This document shows positions 6,791 through 12,200 of a stretch of 12,200 nt of DNA, in pieces (position 1 is the stretch's first letter; each line of letters opens with the position of its first letter). Below the pieces are notes generated by a model. It made no database searches and had not been told where the DNA came from. It saw nothing but the letters and a program-made list of their open reading frames with translations. Both the position numbers and the translations under genes were made by a program. Source of the DNA: Candidatus Bathyarchaeota archaeon (lineage in GTDB: Archaea; Thermoproteota; Bathyarchaeia; TCS64); contig JBDRQD010000014.1 of NCBI GenBank assembly GCA_043826455.1, positions 1 to 12,200 on the forward strand, given 5' to 3'.

Positions 6791-8481
6791 GGTTTTACCT
6801 CCTTCACCGCCTCGTACTCGTCCCTGGTCGGTGGTCTCTGCTCCACGGTCTGCCGTTTAAACAGCTTCATCTCGCCGCCCTCGTTCTTCACGACTACCCT
6901 CTGACGGTGCCACGTCGGGTGCTGCGTCGGGTAGTCGATCCTGTGGAGGAAGTGGCGGCCGTATGGAACCGACTCGGTCCTGAAGAGGGACGCGGCCATG
7001 TGCATCTCGGCCACCGTCATGATGTTCCTCACCTCGGCGGACCTCATGAGCTCGTGGGGGTTCCCCGCCTTCACCTGGGGCCACCACTTCTCACGGACTT
7101 CGCTAAGAAGCTTCAGCCCGTACTCGAGCATCCCACCAGCCTTGGAGATGAAAGCGTAGGAGGTCATGATGCTCCTCACCTTCTCCTCCAGCTCCGTCGG
7201 GGAGATACCCTCCTCTCTCTTCATGGGGGCCCGGACATCTTCCTCAATGCGCTTCATCTGCTTCTTGTCAACGAGTTCCCAGCTCTTCTGGGCCGCGGCA
7301 TATTTGGCCGCGGCTATCCCCGCCCTCCTGGCGAATACGTAGGCCCCCGATAGGCTGTCCTGCCATACCTCGTCACCCGCCGCATAGAGGCCGGGCAGTG
7401 TGGTTCCACCATAGTAGTTGAAGACGGGGCCGCCCAGGAAGCCTATAGGTTGGCTCTGGAAGTAGGCTAGGTCCTTCCTGGTGTTGACTCCTCTCTGCCT
7501 GAAGCTCTCCGTGAGCACCACGTCAGGGTGGTTCTTCTCGTCGCCGATGTACGCGTACTGTCTCCTCAGCTGCTCTTCCGTGAGACTCCTAGAATCCCAG
7601 TAAAGGGGCCCGTTTCCCTTATGCTCCTCCATGTGCATGGCGTAGCTCCGGCTCCAACGCTTCTTGTACGTCTCGGCGAGGAAGTCCTCGCCCTTGCTGT
7701 TGTAGCACTTTCCTCCCCAGAACCGGGCCATGACGTTGCCCATCATGTGGTCTGTGCGGATGAGCTCCATCATGGTGAGCTCTGCGCCGGCTCTGTACGC
7801 CATGGCTCTGCCGTCTCCGCTGTTGGTGCCCATGTCCCTCATCCAGAACCACTTGGAGCCGGGAGTCACCACGTAGGACCTGCTGGCGCTCCCAGTGCAT
7901 AGAACCACGGCTTTGGCGTGGAAGGCTGTCAGATCACCGGTTCTGGTGTTCAGCCCCACGGCGCCGACGACCTTTCCTCCGCTGGTGAGGAGGTCCACTG
8001 CCATGGTGCGTTCAACGACCTTGATGCCTCGGCGCCGTACCTCGTCCATGAGGCACTTCTTCATGGTGCCGCCCTTTACCCAGCAGCCGCTCTCCATCCG
8101 CTCGCCGATGTGCCTGTGCCAGTAGTTGTCCCAGCCGCCATCCTTCTTGTATATCTCCAGGCCCCAGCTCTCCAGCTCCCTTATGATGGGGGTGAACTCC
8201 TCGGCTATGATGTACTTGTCCAGGGGCCTCTCGATGCCCGACCAGCCGCTGCTGCTGCTCATGTAGCCTTCAACGAACTCGGCGCTGGTGGGGCCCCCAG
8301 GTACGTTGCACACGGGGTTGATCTCGCTGGTGTAGTGGCCGATGCCCAGGGCTCCGCCGCTCCGATGCGTCGCCTTCTCCAGTACGACGATGTCCTTGGT
8401 GTGGTCGTTGGCCTTGATGGCCGCCATGCTTCCCGCGGCGCCGGCCCCGATGACAAGGACATCCGTCTTGACAGCATTCAT
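6787..8481 (-). CDS. FAD-dependent oxidoreductase, AprA / SdhA-FrdA-NadB flavoprotein family
   Basis: 564 aa. DVLVIGAGAAG FAD-binding motif, AKAVVLCTG, NSGDG.AMAYRAGA, LPGLYAAGDE, and C-terminal helical domain with ASLFRTES...RIDYP. Confidence 0.88.
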   Translation of the reverse strand: MNAVKTDVLVIGAGAAGSMAAIKANDHTKDIVVLEKATHRSGGALGIGHYTSEINPVCNVPGGPTSAEFVEGYMSSSSGWSGIERPLDKYIIAEEFTPIIRELESWGLEIYKKDGGWDNYWHRHIGERMESGCWVKGGTMKKCLMDEVRRRGIKVVERTMAVDLLTSGGKVVGAVGLNTRTGDLTAFHAKAVVLCTGSASRSYVVTPGSKWFWMRDMGTNSGDGRAMAYRAGAELTMMELIRTDHMMGNVMARFWGGKCYNSKGEDFLAETYKKRWSRSYAMHMEEHKGNGPLYWDSRSLTEEQLRRQYAYIGDEKNHPDVVLTESFRQRGVNTRKDLAYFQSQPIGFLGGPVFNYYGGTTLPGLYAAGDEVWQDSLSGAYVFARRAGIAAAKYAAAQKSWELVDKKQMKRIEEDVRAPMKREEGISPTELEEKVRSIMTSYAFISKAGGMLEYGLKLLSEVREKWWPQVKAGNPHELMRSAEVRNIMTVAEMHMAASLFRTESVPYGRHFLHRIDYPTQHPTWHRQRVVVKNEGGEMKLFKRQTVEQRPPTRDEYEAVKEVKP

Positions 8482-8502
8482 GGTACTGGAATGTGTCGTA
8501 AA

Positions 8503-8519
8503 CTGATAACAGTTATCAG
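8503..8519. promoter_or_regulatory. Perfect inverted repeat, candidate operator
   Basis: CTGATAAC-A-GTTATCAG, 22-38 nt upstream of ATG 8481. Confidence 0.6.
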
Positions 8520-8576
8520 AGAAACGCTTTGATCTAAAATATGAGCCTGGGAAAATCGAATGTCGATCCTATGCCT

Positions 8577-8759
8577 TTACTTTAACTTCTCCACTATGTA
8601 GAGGAAGCTGACCCTAGCCCCCATGCCCCCCATGGTGAAGTGGGGCCTCACGTTGGGTATGATGGTCACTAGCTCCCCCTCCAACTCGTTGAGGAACTCC
8701 TCCAGCCTATCTTGGTCCTGAGACATCTTTACCTCGAAACGGTGAACCCTGTACCTCAA
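8577..8759 (-). CDS. Small hypothetical protein (60 aa)
   Basis: TTG start, host-like codon usage, globular beta-alpha-beta-like pattern; TTTTTATA (minus strand, 8794-8801) upstream. Confidence 0.7.
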   Translation of the reverse strand: MRYRVHRFEVKMSQDQDRLEEFLNELEGELVTIIPNVRPHFTMGGMGARVSFLYIVEKLK

Positions 8760-8936
8760 TTCTATCGCCTTATGCGGATGGTCTTCAGCAGAGTATAAAA
8801 AATGCTCTCATGACCGGATGCGGAGCTGAGCGGCGAATTATCTCTGGTGGAAAAACATGAGTCAGACTGACAATGGACGCGCCTCGTGGTGGATTATCCT
8901 TAAAAACCGTCGACCCCATGTGGGGGTGTAACTGAG

Positions 8937-9269
8937 ATGAGCGAAGAGGTATCGTACAGGGACTTTAAGCGGCTGGACATCCGGATTGGGACCGTCGCCG
9001 AGGTCACCAGGGTGCAGGGCAGCGACAAGCTCTTCAAGCTTCAAGTGGACATGGGGGACCACGTACGCCAGATTCTCACCAGCCTCGTGGACTACTACAA
9101 GCCTGAGGAGCTCCAGGGGCTACGCATACCCGTCATCTGCAACCTGAAGCCCGCCAAGATGTTCGGGGAGACCAGCAACGGGATGCTGCTAGCCGCGGAG
9201 ACCAAGGACGGGGAGCTTGCGCTTCTCACCACGGACAGGCTCATAGCCAACGGCGCAAAGGTCACCTAG
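8937..9269 (+). CDS. Stand-alone tRNA-binding OB-fold protein (Trbp111/CsaA/MetRS C-terminal domain family)
   Basis: DFKRLDIRIGTV, SDKLFKLQVDMG, RQI, NLKPAKMFGETSNGMLLAA, GAKV; 110 aa. Confidence 0.92.
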   Translation: MSEEVSYRDFKRLDIRIGTVAEVTRVQGSDKLFKLQVDMGDHVRQILTSLVDYYKPEELQGLRIPVICNLKPAKMFGETSNGMLLAAETKDGELALLTTDRLIANGAKVT

Positions 9270-9574
9270 CCCTTTACCATCACCAGCATCATCTTGAACC
9301 GGTCCACAGCCTTCAGGGCGTGGGTGACATTCGCGGGCATGATAACCATCTCACCCTTTCCAAGGATGTGGGGCTCGCCTCCTATGATCACCTCTGCTTT
9401 ACCGTCCAAGACTTGGACCAAGGCGTCGAAGGGAGCCGTGTGCTCGCTCAGGCCCTCCCCCTTGTCGAAGCTGAACAGGGTCACTGTTCCCGCGGGCTTG
9501 TTGATGAGGGTGCGGCTCACTACTGCTCCCTTCTGGTACTCTACCAGCTTCTCTACTTTCATTACCTCTGGCAT
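9266..9574 (-). CDS. Cupin domain protein
   Basis: VTLFSFDKGEGLSEHTAPFDALVQVLDG...MPANVTHAL cupin motifs. ATG 9574 preferred because an AT-rich TATA-like stretch lies at about 9604-9612. Confidence 0.9.
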   Translation of the reverse strand: MPEVMKVEKLVEYQKGAVVSRTLINKPAGTVTLFSFDKGEGLSEHTAPFDALVQVLDGKAEVIIGGEPHILGKGEMVIMPANVTHALKAVDRFKMMLVMVKG

Positions 9575-9672
9575 GATAGGCTCGTATCTGAACTCGGAGT
9601 CGGTAAATAATACGCTTTCCACATGAGGTGACATTCCTTTTATTCGGCGGCGCAGGTCACATCATGAATCTC

Positions 9673-10005
9673 ATGACATCAAAACTTCTAGTTGTGATCG
9701 CGACGGGCGACAAGGATAAGGCTCTCACCGGCCTCATGTACGCCAAGAACGCCCTGAAGCGTGGCTGGATGGAGGACGTGAAGGTGGTGTACTTCGGGCC
9801 CTCCGAGCAGCTCATGGTCACTGACCCTGACGTGGCCAGTACCGCCATAGAGGTGGCTGGACTGGGCGAAAGCATCGCATGTAAGGCGATAAGTGACCGT
9901 GAGGGCATCAGCGACAAGGTGGGCGGCATGGGCGTCCGCGTCGAGTACGTTGGTAGCATCATCAGTGACCTGATCAAGCAGGGGTACGCCCCCATGGTGT
10001 GGTAA
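9673..10005 (+). CDS. DsrE/DsrF-like family protein
   Basis: KLLVVIATGD...A.NA....W..DVKVVYFGPSE...IACKAIS...GYAPMVW; single Cys at 9880-9882. ATG 9673 (or 9664) lies downstream of CTTTTATT at 9637-9644. Confidence 0.8.
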   Translation: MTSKLLVVIATGDKDKALTGLMYAKNALKRGWMEDVKVVYFGPSEQLMVTDPDVASTAIEVAGLGESIACKAISDREGISDKVGGMGVRVEYVGSIISDLIKQGYAPMVW

Positions 10006-10006
10006 C

Positions 10007-10663
10007 ATGATCCTGGGCATCAACGCCAGCGGCAGGAACGCCGTCAGGGACGAGCAGGGGAGGCTCCTCTGCGGGGCCACAGAGGAGCTTGTCAAGTATC
10101 TCTTGGAGAAGACGGGGGAGCCCACCGAGTACGTGAGCCTCAGCGGCAAGAGAATAAGCGGCTGCATGGGCTGCGTCAGCTGCGCCGGCGACAACATCTG
10201 CGTCATAGAGGACGACTGGGCGGAGATCAGGGACCGGATGTTTGAGGCCGACGCCGTGGTCTTTGGCGCCCCCAACTACTACGGCACAATAAACGCCATG
10301 GGCCACGCCTTCCTGGAGCGCACCTTCAGCCTCCGCCACAGGGAGCGGTTCCCCTTATCCGGGAAGCTCAACGCCATAATCTCCGTGGGCACCGGCGAGC
10401 CGGGCCCCGTGGAGGAGTACGTGCTCAAGATGTTCAGGAGCAACTACATGGCGGAGCCCATGGGCATAGTCCGGAGCACAGGCCTCAGCCAGTGCTACAG
10501 GTGCGGGTACGGTGAGAGCTGCGCTGCCGGGGCTGCTGTAGGCAAGCACGGTTTCCTGGAGAGGATCGAGAGCTACCACCTGCCGGAGCTCCCAGAGTCC
10601 AGCTACCTCCAGGCCCACAAGGTGGCCCACAGGCTCGGCGAGATTGTGAGGAGCCGCCGCTAA
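10007..10663 (+). CDS. Flavodoxin-like / iron-sulfur flavoprotein (Isf, FMN_red family)
   Basis: ILGINASGR, CMGCVSCAGDNIC (CX2CX2CX5C Isf motif), DDW, ADAVVFGAPNYYG, FLER; starts 1 nt after the DsrE stop. Confidence 0.9.
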   Translation: MILGINASGRNAVRDEQGRLLCGATEELVKYLLEKTGEPTEYVSLSGKRISGCMGCVSCAGDNICVIEDDWAEIRDRMFEADAVVFGAPNYYGTINAMGHAFLERTFSLRHRERFPLSGKLNAIISVGTGEPGPVEEYVLKMFRSNYMAEPMGIVRSTGLSQCYRCGYGESCAAGAAVGKHGFLERIESYHLPELPESSYLQAHKVAHRLGEIVRSRR

Positions 10664-12200
10664 GGCTGCTCCACCCTCACGGCGCATGCCTTGAACTCAG
10701 GTATCTTGGCCTGGGGGTCCAAGGCGTTGATGGTGAGCCTGTTGGCCGCCGCCTCAGCGTAGTGGAAAGGTATGAAGACGGTGCCAGGCTTGATCCTGGT
10801 GGTCACTGCGGCCTTGAGCTCGATGCTGCCCCTCCTGCTAGACACGCGAACAGTGTTGCCGTCTGCTACTCTCAGGGCCTCTGCGTCAGCGGGGTTGATC
10901 TCAAGGAATGCCTCGTTCACCTGGTCTGTGAGGATGCCGCTGCGCCGGGTCATGGTGCCCGTGTGCCAGTGGAAAAGTAGGCGGCCCGTTGTCAGGATCA
11001 AAGGATACTCGTGGTCGGGTTCCTCGGCTGGGGGCTTATACTCCACAGCGTGGAACCTGCCTCTGCCGCGGCTGAACTGGGTCGAGTGCAGTATTCTGGT
11101 TCCGGGGTCGTCCCTGCCTCTGCACGGCCATCTGAGGTCCTCGCCCTGAAGCCTGGCATGGCTCACGCCTCCGTAGATGGGAACCACATGGGCCACTTCG
11201 TCCATGATCTCCGAGGGGCTCCTATAGCCCATGGGGTACCCTAGCCGCCTTGACAGCTCCTGGATGATCCACCAGTCAGGCCGGGAGTCGCCCAGAGGTT
11301 CCACTGCCTTCCGGACTAGCTGTACACGGCGATCAGTGGCTGTGAAGGTGCCGTCCTTCTCCGCGTAGCTGCATGCGGGAAGAACCACGTCGGCCAACTC
11401 CGCAGTCTCACTCATGAACAGCTCCGAGACGGTCAGGAAATCCAGTCTCTTCAACTGCTCTTCAACATGGTTGATGTCGGGGTCGCTGAGCATGGGGTTC
11501 TCCCCCATGATGAAAAGGGCTTTCACCTTGCCCCCGGCTAGGTTCACCATCTCGGTGAGGGTTAGCCCATCTGTTTCGGGCGGCTCCACACCCCAGGCCT
11601 CCTTGAACTTGACGCGGGTCTCCGCGTCTCCTGGGCTCTGGTAGCCGGGCAGGTAGTTGGGGAGGGCAGCCATGTCGCAGGCGCCCTGGACGTTGTTCTG
11701 GCCCCTCAGGGGGTTGACGCCGGTGCCTGGTCGGCCCAGGTTGCCTGTGAGCATGGCCAGGTTGGCGCAGCTCTTGACGTTGTCCACGCCTGTGGTGTGC
11801 TGGGTTATGCCCATGCTGAAGAAGAGGGCGGCCTTCGCTGCTCGGCCGTAGAGGCGGGCCGTGGCCCTGATGGACTCAGAGGGGACGCCAGTGATCTCCT
11901 CGGCTTTCTCAGGGGTGTAGCCTTTCACTGTCTCATGTAGTTCCTGGAAGCCCTCGGTGCGCTCCGCTATGAAGGTCTGGTCGTGGAGCTTTTCCTCTAT
12001 TATCACGTTCATCATGGCGTTGAGGAGGGCCACGTCTGAGCCGGGCCGGTGCTGCAGGTAGACTTCCGCGTACTCGCAGAGGGGTATCTCCCTGGGGTCG
12101 GCCACGATGAGCTTGGCCCCGTTCTTCACGGCCCGGATCATGCGTCGGGCGATGAGGGGGTGCTGCTCGCTGGTGTTGCTTCCGATGATGAATATGGCGT
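10660..12200 (-). CDS. fdhF: Formate dehydrogenase alpha subunit (Mo/W-bisPGD), 3' part; 5' end outside the window
   Basis: Frame is open to the right edge (...AIFIIGSNTSEQHPLIARRMIRA). SMGITQH, PLRGQNNVQGACDM (FDH active-site Arg), EKDGTFT, TTGRLLFHWHTGTMTRR, KIPEFK. Confidence 0.92.
   Translation of the reverse strand, partial: AIFIIGSNTSEQHPLIARRMIRAVKNGAKLIVADPREIPLCEYAEVYLQHRPGSDVALLNAMMNVIIEEKLHDQTFIAERTEGFQELHETVKGYTPEKAEEITGVPSESIRATARLYGRAAKAALFFSMGITQHTTGVDNVKSCANLAMLTGNLGRPGTGVNPLRGQNNVQGACDMAALPNYLPGYQSPGDAETRVKFKEAWGVEPPETDGLTLTEMVNLAGGKVKALFIMGENPMLSDPDINHVEEQLKRLDFLTVSELFMSETAELADVVLPACSYAEKDGTFTATDRRVQLVRKAVEPLGDSRPDWWIIQELSRRLGYPMGYRSPSEIMDEVAHVVPIYGGVSHARLQGEDLRWPCRGRDDPGTRILHSTQFSRGRGRFHAVEYKPPAEEPDHEYPLILTTGRLLFHWHTGTMTRRSGILTDQVNEAFLEINPADAEALRVADGNTVRVSSRRGSIELKAAVTTRIKPGTVFIPFHYAEAAANRLTINALDPQAKIPEFKACAVRVEQP

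Noticed and set aside
6787..8481. Naming the flavoprotein aprA, sdhA or nadB
   Set aside because: Diagnostic motifs and partner genes are missing; only family-level assignment is supported.
8805..8875. Possible C/D box sRNA (two ATGA...CTGA pairs)
   Set aside because: No proper RTGATGA C box, and the spacings are irregular.
8913..8927. ACCCC-ATGTG-GGGGT hairpin before the tRNA-binding gene
   Set aside because: Only 5 bp, and probably straddles the transcription start; too weak to support.
8937..9269. Calling this ORF metG or a metG pseudogene
   Set aside because: Only the OB-fold domain is present, with its own start; stand-alone forms are well known.
1..12200. CRISPR arrays, tRNA/rRNA genes, IS elements, integrases
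   Set aside because: No spaced repeats, cloverleaf-like sequence or transposase/recombinase ORFs seen by eye; intergenic gaps are all under about 250 nt.

Overview
Gene-dense, GC3-rich archaeal chromosomal segment. Archaeal origin is inferred from the ATP-dependent DNA ligase with a QxxFF PCNA motif, frequent AGG/ATA codons, and TATA-like boxes about 30 nt upstream of starts; a Bathyarchaeia-like host is a guess only. Gene order: partial membrane protein (-), arginine deiminase/amidinotransferase-superfamily enzyme (-), HExxH hypothetical (+), DNA ligase (+), two tandem M20 ArgE/DapE-like paralogs (+), ferredoxin plus AprA/SdhA-family flavoprotein (-), 60-aa hypothetical (-), stand-alone tRNA-binding OB-fold protein (+), cupin (-), DsrE-like protein plus iron-sulfur flavoprotein (+), and the 3' part of a formate dehydrogenase alpha subunit (-). 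No mobile element, CRISPR array or RNA gene was seen. Most notable: (1) the second M20 copy is intact but has lost its catalytic Glu and a metal ligand (E>Q, E>Y, plus D>N); (2) an orphan AprAB-like pair sits behind a perfect 17-bp palindrome; (3) the Isf-like protein has an extra Cys cluster; (4) an uncharacterised HExxH protein lies directly upstream of the ligase.
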